Positions 12,556-24,100 of a DNA stretch of 64,000 nt are shown here, one piece after another; the first letter of the stretch is position 1; each line of letters begins with the position of its first letter. The notes beneath the pieces were generated by a model. The model saw nothing but the letters and a program-made list of their open reading frames with translations, did no database searches and was not told the origin of the DNA. A program made the position numbers and the translations under genes. The stretch is from Octopus sinensis (taxonomy: Eukaryota), in the NCBI RefSeq assembly GCF_006345805.1, contig NC_043001.1:22506001-22570000 (forward strand), read 5' to 3'.

Positions 12556-12560
<5 letters not shown>
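12320..12560. repeat. Dispersed ~240-bp repeat, copy 2
   Basis: Direct repeat of 11170-11415. Confidence 0.8.
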
Positions 12561-12620
<60 letters not shown>

Positions 12621-12767
12621 GAGAATCGCTGAAATGTTTTACAAATTTTCAGTTTCTCTAACCAATTGTATCTGGTGGAAGCGAATTAAGTCTACTCTGT
12701 TGTGTTTTGGAAAAACCAAGCATTTTAAGGTTTCTGTGCAGATGTGTTGTTACGTAGCCATGTGCAC

Positions 12768-14240
12768 TACAAGATGTTCAGCTTAAATTTAACTGCTTGC
12801 AGAAAAAGAAAATCCCGTCTAAAAATAGAAGTATTTAAAAAGATTTTAAAAAACCAACGAGATTATTGCCGGGAGATAACAGTTTACTTCAAGTAGCCTC
12901 CCACAGCTTCCATCACAGTCTCCATCACAGGCTCAAGACGGCTCCGGAACCTGGCGCATGTGTTCTTCACTGTGTCCCTGGGAAGATCATCTTGATCTTG
13001 GTCACCAACTCGGCGTTGGTGTTGCAGATGGAGCGGTTGGTGTCTTTCTCAACTTCATTCCACACATAGTAATCCATGGGATTAGAATCGAAGAAATTAG
13101 GAGACCAGAAATTGGGGCTGGTGAGGTCATTGAAATTCTCTGACAACCACTTCTGACCTTTTTCGGAGTTATGGAAAGGAACCGAATCCTGCTGTCACAC
13201 ATATGACCTTCCAGTAGCAACCTCTTGTAGCGGTTAGTGAAATACATTATCCCTCTTTGAGAGACGTCATAGAAATAACGTCGTGGCAGATAGCAGCCAT
13301 TCTTCGGATGCTTAGGCCCTGTTGTGTCCGCTACTCTGATTGGATGGTTTTGGTGCAGTTTTATCTCTTGCTTTATTTCGCGCCAATGTGTAAACCAACC
13401 AATCGCAACCTTCAGATAAGGTCTCGTGACACTGCTTTTCTAATGCCTTGTTTGAGCCACCTAAACCCTTTCAAAGCTAGTCACGACAAACCATTTGGGT
13501 CTTTGGTCCTAGACCATTGACCACAGAGCATCCATCGACAGACCAGCCAGTTCGAGCGACTCAACCATGTTCCTGCGACAGACAGCGACGACACCAACAC
13601 CACCGCAGCATTTCAGGATCTTTTCCACCACCGTCGCCTTAAGCTTATCGACACCACCAACATGTCTACGTACACACCAACATCGACCAGGTTTAAACTA
13701 AACACTGTTTGTGAATACTCTTCTTATTCTTTTGGCACTTGTATTTTGGCTTCTTTTGTAAGGCGACCGTGCGGCGTTCAAAAAGGAGACATTTGTCACC
13801 ATCTCCTTTACGTACGGTCGCTCTACACTCTCCAGTCTGGTTTTGACCGTTACCACATAGTTATTTGAACGGAGCCTAAGGCCCAGTTCAAAGATGTGGA
13901 GTGATATGATGTAACTCTCACCTGGGCAATACCTAAAAATTAGATAGCCACAGCGTCTCGGTTGCAGTTGTCCGCGTCACGTCTTACAACCTTTGCAGTG
14001 TTTACAGAGCACCGAGCAGCAGTCATAATGTCGGCATTTTGATACCCTGCGAATAATCAATGATACAGTTAACTCTTTTTCAATATTCAGTGGCTTCCAG
14101 TTCTCTATGTCAACTAACTTTTTCTCAACTACAGCCTTAATCTTTATGCTCTCCAACGCTGTTAACTATTCACAAATACATCAAGCTATTCCTTGAAAAG
14201 GAAACATATAAATCGTCAAATTTATCCCGAACACCTTGTA
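12768..14240 (-). mobile_element. maT (DD37D) Tc1/mariner-superfamily transposon, internally deleted, with an LTR-like insert
   Basis: Imperfect TIRs TA-caagatgttcagcttaaattt / aaatttatcccgaacaccttg-TA; QQD-x37-D (QQDSVPFHNS...NPMDYYVW); N-terminal remnant AGYQNADIMTAARCSVNT at ~13950-14060. Confidence 0.85.
13226..13857. mobile_element. Solo-LTR-like insertion (~630 bp)
   Basis: Termini TGTAGCGGT...ACCGTTACCA(CA), CCAAT boxes, no transposase similarity; no TSD found. Confidence 0.45.
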
Positions 14241-14614
14241 TAATAATTGGAACAAATGATAGTCTATAGCCTGGATATGAGAGCATTAAGATTTGCATGT
14301 TACATAGATGTTCTCCTTTTCCCTAGTTTTTGAAGAGACATTCATATCCGCTGAACCTCTCTACAGCAGTGCTCCACTTCCTGCTCACTTTTTCGTGCAT
14401 CTATATCTGGTCTGGTGTACTTAGATTCGGTTGCTATTTTTATTGGAATGTTCTACTCGTGTATTATATTTTTAAAGGTGTAGATATTCTATGATATTGG
14501 TGTGTCTTTGGAATAGCAATGAGAACAATTATTCCTGTATGTGGCATTGTTGGCCGTCTTAGTGACAGTGTTATATTTCACGGAAGGATAGTATCTTGTG
14601 AACATTTTAGACGT

Positions 14615-14740
14615 ACGTACGTATGTATGTATGTATGTATGTATGTATGTATGTATGTATGTATGTATGTATGTATGTATGTATGCATGTATGCATGCAT
14701 GCATGCATGCATGTATGTATGTATGTATGTATGTATGTAG
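14615..14740. repeat. (TATG)n with an internal (TGCA)n block
   Basis: Seen directly. Confidence 0.95.
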
Positions 14741-16408
14741 ATAGGTAGGTATGTCTTTGTGTTCGTCCTCCCATCGCTTGATAACCGGCGTGGATTTGTT
14801 TACAACCCAGTAACTGAGCAGTTCGATAGAAAGAGAACGACAGACTTAAAGATAAGCACTGAGGGCGCTTTGTTCCACTTAAAGATTCAAGTCGATATCC
14901 CAGCATAGCCACAGTCCATTGATCTGAGACAAGCACAACAACAAAAGAATAATCAAATTAATCCTATTCTTTGGATTTAATTCTGAATAGATTCGACATC
15001 AGAATGAAGCAAGCTGTTAGCAATGTTTACAAAATCGATCGAAAAATAGGTCGAGAAAGAACGGGAACCAATAGAGAGAGTTGTGTGAAATACAAACTAC
15101 TTCGACTCGTAGATTCCATAATGAATTCAATTTCTTTCCTTTCAACTTTTATATAAACATACGAGTTTTAAACATTACCATATTTAGAATATGGACTATT
15201 AAAAAAAAGTAAGAACAGTTAAATAAACTGTACAAATTAAACAATAGGATCAGAAGAAACTAGTTGTGGTCTCTATTGGCAACTATTGTTTTCTCGAAGA
15301 GTGACAAAGCCTGATGTTTTTGTGATGGTTATATATATATCAACCCCAGTGCTTGACTCAGTGGTGCTTTGTTTATCGACCCCAAAAGGATAAAAGGTGT
15401 CAAAGTCTGTGTCGATAAATATTCAAAGACGATTAAAGCGTAATTAAAAACTTAGTAATCAACACATCTCTGAAACTTTCTTTATCTTTTAATGAAAAAA
15501 TACTCGACGAAAGAGCAACTCTATATAATGAAGCTCTCGGTAATAGCAGTTAGAAAGACAAAATATAATACAGAAATAATACCACATTCACAATACATTA
15601 AAAAAAGGCAGAAAATAGAGAAAAAAGGAAAATTATTTGATTCAATTCTCCCTTCAACACAGAAGTCTCTACACTAATAGCTAAATTATTATTCAGAATA
15701 GTCTAAAAACACTTCCATCCCCATCACAAGTATCACAGACTAATACAGAAACACAAAATAAAATTATTATATTCCACAACTAACAACTTCGAAAAAAAAA
15801 AGTTGTAGCTATTTACAACCACTAAAAAAGTGTTTAAAGGTGAGAGCCAAAACCACATACATAACGGCAGCAATTGCAACTTCAGAACCTCTCCATCTTG
15901 TCTTTTAAGAGGAAACTATCTCACAAGCAATATTATCTGTAGTAAAACTAAGCACGAACACTAACCACTTAATACATCAATACTGTCTAAAACAAATCAG
16001 TTGAAGACACGATACGACCAACACACGCACACTTTTTGCAACCCAAGCAGGAAAAATGATACCTTACTTTCCAAACATATATAGATATTAAAATATATTT
16101 AAAAAAAAACTCCGTTCAGTATTAATTGGAAAATATTTCCATAAACACAACCATACCAAGGTGACATCAAACCCTGCCGACCTTGTATTTATGATTCCTA
16201 CCACATTCTTATATTCAGGAATCAAATTCTGTATAAATTCTCTGAACATACGCGCGCGCATATGTAAAATGAGCTAAGGTAAATATCTCTTAGCGGTCAT
16301 TGGTATGAATATGAATAATAAAGACAAATAAAGGTATATCAAATACCATACTAGATAAATTCTTCGATTATTAAAATTCTGTCTGAATATCTCTTCTGTT
16401 GGGCCGTT

Positions 16409-16453
16409 GCAGTACTGATGACGCCTATGGATGTAGAAACACGTGTCTGCAGC
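16409..16453 (+). ncRNA. Minimal type-I hammerhead ribozyme candidate (intact CUGAUGA/GAAA core, palindromic stem III, GUC cleavage site)
   Basis: gcagta-CTGATGA-cgcctatggatgta-GAA-ACACGTGT-C^tgcagc; stem I pairs 5 of 6 positions. Confidence 0.6.
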
Positions 16454-17859
16454 TGTCATTTTGCCCCCAAACAACTAGATTGCCTTTTCTGTAATGGCGT
16501 GTTAACTTCAAAGAATTCCTGAAACTGTCTCTCGCATTTGGAGTTGGTCGAGTTGCATGCAAGGCATTTCTTTGCTCTTCTATCGAAGGGAAGCTACTTT
16601 CACAATATTAGGGAGTTATCCTGTGTGATGTTTCATATACTTTTATAATACGTGCGCGCGTCCGTGCGTTCGTATGTGTGTGCCCACCTGTGTATGTGAT
16701 CTAAGTACAAGAATATTGCTTAGATGAACGCAGGTGAATGAAACCTAACTAGATATCCGAGCCAATGAAAGATCCTCTAAGCGGTTGCTCGTTCTGCAAG
16801 AAATAGCAACTAAATCTGGCTCAAATCATTCCCTATCAACTTACAGAACAATACACTGGATTGTGTAGTGTGGATACATTATTCCTAAAAGATAGAAATG
16901 TTTGGGATCCGAACCAACTTGGAACTAAATAACAACAAAGTAAAAAGATTTCACAATTCGGTCGTTAGGGCCACATCATTTCTCTTGGATTAACAACCAC
17001 CAGAAAAAGGAGGAGGAAGGTGAAACAGAAGGGTACAAGTATAATAGAAACTTAATTATTTTAAGGTAACCATAAAAATATAATGGAAATAGACAAAAAT
17101 GTTTGCCTATTAAAATTTATTACAAAGTATCCTAAACAAAGTGTATATTTATTCATTAATAATGCTAAACTTCGATATTTTATATTTTTTATAACATGAA
17201 ATAGATGTGTAACATTGTTTAATAAATGTTGCACCCCCCACCAAAAAAAAAAGGCAATAAAATAAACGAAAAAGGATTATAACCAGGTACACAATGCAAT
17301 TTTATCCTGTGTAAAAGATCATAGATATGCGGGTCGATAAATAAAGTACGAGTGAAGTACCGGAATAGACTCATGTTCCTCCTATATAGCACTGTTGATA
17401 CGAATGTGTAAAAGAAGAAGCAGAAGAAGAAGAAGAAGAAGAAAGGGAGAAGGAGAAACGAAAAAGAAGCTAAAGAGAGGAAGAAATTAGATGAAAGAGA
17501 GGAATATAAAATACAATGATGAAGAGAGGAAGAAAAAGAAGAAAAGAAAAATATACAAACGAAGAAGACAAAAGGAGGAAGAAAAAGAAAAGTTGTTCAA
17601 ATTATAAGGCACAGTAGATTTCCCGGATCCATGGAAATGACATGGAAGTAGGAAGCAGCCTGAATGATAAGACTTACTGGAAACAAAAGAAAAAAAGAAA
17701 AGAAGAAGCAAGCGTGCTACAGCAGCAGTTAAATAGGGCAACGGAGAAGAATTAACATGACGTTGTTAGCTAATTTCTAGCGAAGGCGGTCTGCGAAACT
17801 GCGTCGATCAATAGAGAATGTAGTTGGTTGGCACCAGACACTTGCAGAGGGGTTACGAA

Positions 17860-18089
17860 CACTTCTTGGAAGAGGGGTCCTCGCATAATAGGAGATTGAA
17901 TTTGATTGGTTAATAAACCACACGGAATTCAACATGGCTTGTGTTGCTTCTTGGCCGTAAATTCGTAGCAATCAATATCTGAATTTAATTAATCCATTTA
18001 TCTGTATGTGTTTCGTCTTTTGCTTTCAATTTGTTCACTGTTATGTTCTTCATTAAAATTTATCAGCAAACAAAGCAAATAAACAAAGG
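17860..18089 (+). promoter_or_regulatory. Putative SERGEF promoter/5'UTR: inverted CCAAT box (~17904-17909), YY1-like AACATGGC (17931-17938), 8-codon uORF 17934-17960
   Basis: Repeat-free, CpG-richer stretch directly upstream of exon 1; motif assignment is inference. Confidence 0.4.
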
Positions 18090-18107
18090 ATGAAGTTATT
18101 TTCGTGG
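18090..18107 (+). CDS. SERGEF: SERGEF exon 1 (MKLFSW)
   Basis: ATG AAG TTA TTT TCG TGG then GTAGGT donor; phase 0 fits exon 2, which starts GSNSHGQ. Confidence 0.75.
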
Positions 18108-21100
18108 GTAGGTTTCGTTATTTCACTCGTGATTTCTCTCTACGTTTTTATTTAGGTGCCCAATTAACGATTATCGATTTTAACTCAAGGCGCTAATTGG
18201 TCTGACGTGCATTTACAAACTTTAATACAACAAACCTTGTTTTCTAAATTAAGAAATAAAGAATGAACAAGCAACAAGTTGGAGAGGTGCTTTCATATAC
18301 TTTACTTACACCAGTACTGCGTTTTTTATGTATTCTATCTAAAAACCTAATTAATATCAAATTGTAATGAGCTTTCTTCGTGTTAGTACTTTCAAATAAT
18401 ATTTATCTATTATTTTTCTAATATTTGTCAATCTTGGTGCGCCATTTGAGCAAAAGGAAAGCTGGAACCGCGACACGGTTTCAAGTTATAGTTTCTTACT
18501 GTTTCACTTTAAGGAAACATGAACGTTACAATATTTCTCATAAACTGAAGAATTTTTGTTCTCAGAAAAATATTTATCAAGCTGATTTTTTAATTTGTTG
18601 CCTTCAATTTAACACCCTCGCTACCCGAATTTAATTTGTATGGATTCTCTTCGACGCTTGTTATTTTATAATTTTAATAACATGCGCAAATACCAGTTTA
18701 ATTCCATTTTCAAACATTTTTTTCTTCTCAAAATTTGATATAGCATTTTTTAAAAATTACTATTGAAATATACAAAAATGTTCTAAAAATATTTCGATAA
18801 GGATGTCTCTCAATTTCAAAGTAACAAACACCGGTTACTTAATTAAAAAAAAACAACAACCTAAAGTGGTTATGTTTAATGGAACGATGTATGGTGGTTT
18901 ACTTCGAGTATTGATTTCTTTAGATGAAGTCTATCACTAGCGGCGATTCGATGACCAACACTAGTAAAAATATTTTCTCTGAATCAATGGGACAGTCCCA
19001 AATCGGACAGATTCCTTTTCTTCCCACAGTATACGAACTTATTTAAACTCCCGAATTCTCAATTCAAGGAGCCTCTATACGGTCGCTCTTCCTGTTAGAA
19101 GAAGCTGCCAAATATCCCTCAAACCGCACCTTATCGTAAAAAGGAATGTGTTACATAATGCGGTCCTGGCGTTATTCTTTTTCAATATAAGGCCGAATGG
19201 TTATAGTTTAAATGCCTTTTATCATGGGTTTTCTCGATTGTGGCCGACTTGGGGGACTAAACAACAGTGACCTTTTGAATAATTAGATCCAGGCAGAATT
19301 TATATTTAAAAGAAACAAACTGAACCGAAACTAAATTCTGCAACATATTTATTCCACTGAAATACTGACTTTAAAAGAAAGCGGACATGGAATTGTAACA
19401 TGTCTCGGTGATCAGCTAAGATGGTGATACATAGTCTTTTTAATGGTATTATTAGTTAAGGTTCAGTTTATCAAATTGAAAATTTTGAAATATTTAGATA
19501 AAATTTTTTTTTTATTGCGTCAAAAGAGCAATATTGAAACAGTTTTGTCAACGAAAGTCAACTTCGTTCTGCGAGTAAGTAAAATAAATATGTGCAAGGG
19601 AAGTAACTCTAAGATACACTTGCCGGACTTATCATAAAATCATTTTTTATAAGAGATTTTAACAAAAATTGTGACTTCAAGTTTCTAATCTTTTGTCTGA
19701 ACTGTACGTAATGGTTTCTGTTGAAAGTAATTTTGTAATCTAATGTTCTGTAGATATAGGGTTGGACAAAGATCAGGGTGGTGGACTAGAGCAGTATTTT
19801 TCAGGAAGAGGAAAGTTGTGAGGCTGACAAATTGTCATGTTTAATAAAATTAATGTGGTTTAAACCTATTCAACACAACGATAAAGAAAGAAGAGTTACA
19901 TAGATACAAACTGTATTTTCTAATTAAAAGAATGGGGCTGTACCCCTCTTTTCCACTATTTTTTGGCAGGTGTGATGTTTTTTAGTTTGAGAACCACTAG
20001 AACAAAGTCCATCATTGTCAGAAAATACTTGATTGCATTTGAAAGATTGCAGAAACAATTTTGTTGATAAACTTAAATGAGCGTAATTGTCTGACAACCA
20101 ATTAGTATTTTTGATACAGTGTTAATAAAAGTGCTTTGCAAATCTTCAACCTTATGTACAGAATTATTTCAAGATTAATCTGCCATTCATATTCAGACTG
20201 TATACTGATATAAAGTAAATTGTTTTATTTAAATAGTTTATAAACATTTAACTCTCACAAAGCCACAAATTTGTGGAGAAGAGATCGAGTTAATTAAGAT
20301 CAATCAATACACACCTGGTACTTCTTGCAAGAAGAAAAGACAGTTGATGCACACCGAATTTGAGCTTAAAATGCACAGAAAAGTTAAGCATTTACTTTAG
20401 TGCTTTACAAATTCTATTATACCATCATCCTATCGTTATTAATTATAATCCCATAACCCCCCACCTGCCTCCAAATCCTCACATAATTGTATTAATAGTT
20501 ATGTTTATTATCAAAGCATTAAATAGTAATTATTGATATCTTGAATAAAATCAGTCTTACTACATTGTATATGTGGTCTCATGAACAACTTCCTTATAAG
20601 ACAGTAATTCTAAAAGATTGTTTATTTTCATTCCTCATATATGAGTTCAGGACTTGCTGAAAAAAAAATCTAGAAAAATTGGTGTCTTTGATTGAATTAA
20701 GAAAATATAAGAGCAAGTATTTCTTTTTCACTCTACATGATCACACATATTTATATATATGGTATGGCTGTGTGGTTAAAAAGATCACTTCCCAACCACA
20801 TAGTTCCAGGTTCAGTCCTACTGTATGGTACCTTGGGCAAGTGTCTTGTATTATAACAAGATGCTGACCAAAGCCTTGTGAATAGAATTGGTAGAAAGAA
20901 ACTGAAAGAAGCTTGTATGTGTATGTTAGTGTCGGCTAGTCTTGATATCATGAAATAGTAAGCAATCATCATCGTCATACAAGTGATGTTCATTTCTGAT
21001 CTTCTGTGAAAAACTTGTCTGGCCATGAATAAATATTTCCTTGCTTAGAAGCTGGTGAGGGTTAGCAACAGGAAGAGCATCTGACAATAGGAAATCTGCT

Positions 21101-24100
21101 CAGTGAATTCCAGCTGACTCATACAAGCATGGAAAAAATGGATGTTAAAATTATAAACACACACACATATAATCAAAAGAATAGAAGATATAATTGTCCT
21201 AGAATAAGCAAAGATAAATTAGCCAAAATTCAATTAAGCTATGGTAATATCCTTATATCAGATATAAAATATAAAATTTTAATTATTCTACTCCTGAAAT
21301 CAACATTTAACAATGTTTAACTAAGAACTCATCTGATTAATTATTGTTTAATGATCTGCATTTAATTTTCTGTATTACAGGGGTCAAACAGCCATGGGCA
21401 ACTGGCTCAAGGGCAGTCAGATGATCTCAGTGTCCCTACTGAAATTGTACAAAACACTTGTTTATTTGAAGACATTTTATCTATTACTGGAGGTGGTGGA
21501 CATTCTTTACTAGTCACCAGTAAGTCATTTTATCATTATTTAAGTTATAAACCGTTATAAACAGCAATAAAAAAACTATTTTAGAAAGTTACAGTCTATA
21601 CTGGTTGTGTTGTTAAAGCACTGACACTAAACTACTTTGAATGGCTTATTCTACCTAGACATTATGACAATATGAGGAGGTGTGGTAGACAATAGACAAT
21701 ATGGAGTGTGGTTCAGTGCTGTGAGCATTTAAACCGGCCATATCCGGCCAGAAGTATACTGCCTGTTTTATGTTCAAACTGGCCAGATCTGGTCTCTCTC
21801 ACTAACCCTACAATATCATTTTAAAAATTAACAGCTACCTCATCATAATCTCATAACTACAAGATAATGCTTGATTAGTTCAAAGCAATGGGGATAAAAA
21901 AGGATTAATTTTGGCAGAATAATGCGAACACTAAAGGGTTAATTGATGAAGAATTTCATTTGTCTTTCAATGTTCAGTTACTTTTCCTAGATGCCAGACA
22001 GAAAACTGGAAATCCTTGCCACTAATCTGGCTTATCTCATTTCCATTTGAAATATGCTGTCAACTAAGGAAAGAGTTCTAGAAGAAGCCTAACAGTAGAT
22101 AAGAACCTTGATCTAAGTTAATCCTTAACCCTTTGTTACCATATCTCTGTTGAAATTCACTGTCTTTGTTCCAATTAATTTTGAAATAATGAAGAAAATT
22201 TAATAAAATAACTTTATCATTATTAACAAGACCTATTGTGTCAAGTATATCAACATCAAAATAAAAATTCAAATGGAAATTGTAGTTAAGACACCCGTGC
22301 CGGTGACACGTAAAAAGCACCGTCCGAACGTGGCAGATGCCAGCACCGCTTGGCTGGCGTCCGTGTCGGTGATGTGTAAAAGCACCAACCGATCGTGGCT
22401 GTTTGCCAGCCTGCTCTGCCCCTGTGCCAGTGGCACGTAAAAAGCACCCACTACACTCACAGAGTAGTTGGCGTTAGGAAGGGCATCCAGCTGCCAAATC
22501 AGACTAGAGCCTGGAGCAGCCTCCATGGCTTCCAGACCCCAGTCGAACCATCCAACCCATGCTTGTGTGGAAAACGGATGTTAAATGATGATGATGATGG
22601 TTATTAAGTTGATTTTTGGACTATAACATGAAATTTTAATGAAAGAATTTAAATCAGATCAGTTTAAGACAAAAATTTTATACCGTAGGATTAAGCGAGC
22701 CTATAAAAGGATGCAAAATTCTGATCATTTCCTTTCTAACACCTGATTAATGTTAATGAGAAAAAGATTACTTCAACTTCACAATCACTTTTAAATTAAG
22801 AAGGAAATCAAAATTTTAATTATTAATCTAAAAAGAGTAAGGGCAATTTCCCTCTGAGGCCTCTCAGAGTGAAAAGGATAAGGTCATAGTTATAATTAAT
22901 TTGATTTATATAGAGCTTAAAGAGTTAAAGATAATTAGCAATTTAATTTGATTGGTTATGGAGATGATTATATCATAAAAGTTTTTAAGTAACTAAGAAA
23001 ATCATTTAAAAGGAACCAAATCTTTTTTGTGGTAAGTAGCTTGCTTACTAACCACATGGTTCTGGGTTCAGTCCCACTGCGTGGCACCTTGGGCAAGTGT
23101 CTTCTACTATAGCCTCAGGCCGACCAAAGCCTTGTGAGTGGATTTGGTAGATGAAAACTGAAAGAAGCCTGTCGTATATATATATATGCATGTGTGTCTG
23201 TGTGTGTGTATGTTTGTGTGTCTGTGTTTGTCCTCCCAACATTGCTTGACAACCGATGCTGGTGTGTTTACGTCCCCGTAACATAGCAGTTCGGCAAAAG
23301 AGACCGACCGATAGAATAAGTACTAGGTTTACAAAGAATAAGTCCAGGGGTTGATTTGTTCGACTAATTGCGGTGCTCCAGCATGGCCGCAGTCAACTGA
23401 CTGAAACAAGTAAAAGGGTTTCAGATTTCCACTTAAGTTTAAGAGAAATTTCAATGAGAATAGCTTGAAGCAAAAAGTGACTGACCGGCAAAGTGTACTA
23501 GAACTAGTCAAAATACACAAAATACTAAGTAAGAAGTGTTTTAACTGGTTTTGTAGATTGGCAGTCAGGAGTAAGCCTCTTGACTTAGACAAGGACGTTA
23601 GGGAGAAGGATGTAGCTGCAATTTTTGGGCATGACCACATGGACAGAATCAGTGGATGTACAGAAACAGACTAAACAACAGGATGAGTGTAACATGTCCA
23701 TGCAATTGATAGCTGCATGTTGGAGTATGCAGTATGGTCCTCAGCTTGGTGGTAACATGGTATAACTAACAAGCTGAATCTCTTGGGTATGCCTTATAGT
23801 TTGGTCAACCGCCTGCATGCAATATTACTCCTGGGTCTATACAACAACATCATCATCATCATCCAGTGTTTTAAATCCAGGTTTTGTCCCCATTAACTGG
23901 GGTCGCTGGATCTACCTCAATGCCATAGCAACTGTGGAGGCCAATGGCCTAGTGGTTAGAGCAGCGGTCGAGGGATCGCGGGTTCAAATCTCAGACCGGG
24001 CGATATCTGTGTTTATGAGTGAAAACACCTAAGCTCCGTGCGGCTCTGGCAGAAGGTAATGGCGAAATTCTGCGCGGTCTCTTTTGCCACAACTTTCTCT

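Noticed and set aside
16470-16585. Cys-rich - strand peptide RAKKCLACNSTNSKCERQ (Ly6-like look)
   Set aside because: Ends in a stop after ~40 codons, with no donor or partner exons; the region is better explained as retroelement-derived.
17777-17971. 64-aa - strand ORF as a divergent gene
   Set aside because: No recognisable domain, no splice donor and no downstream exons found in 1-17.7 kb.
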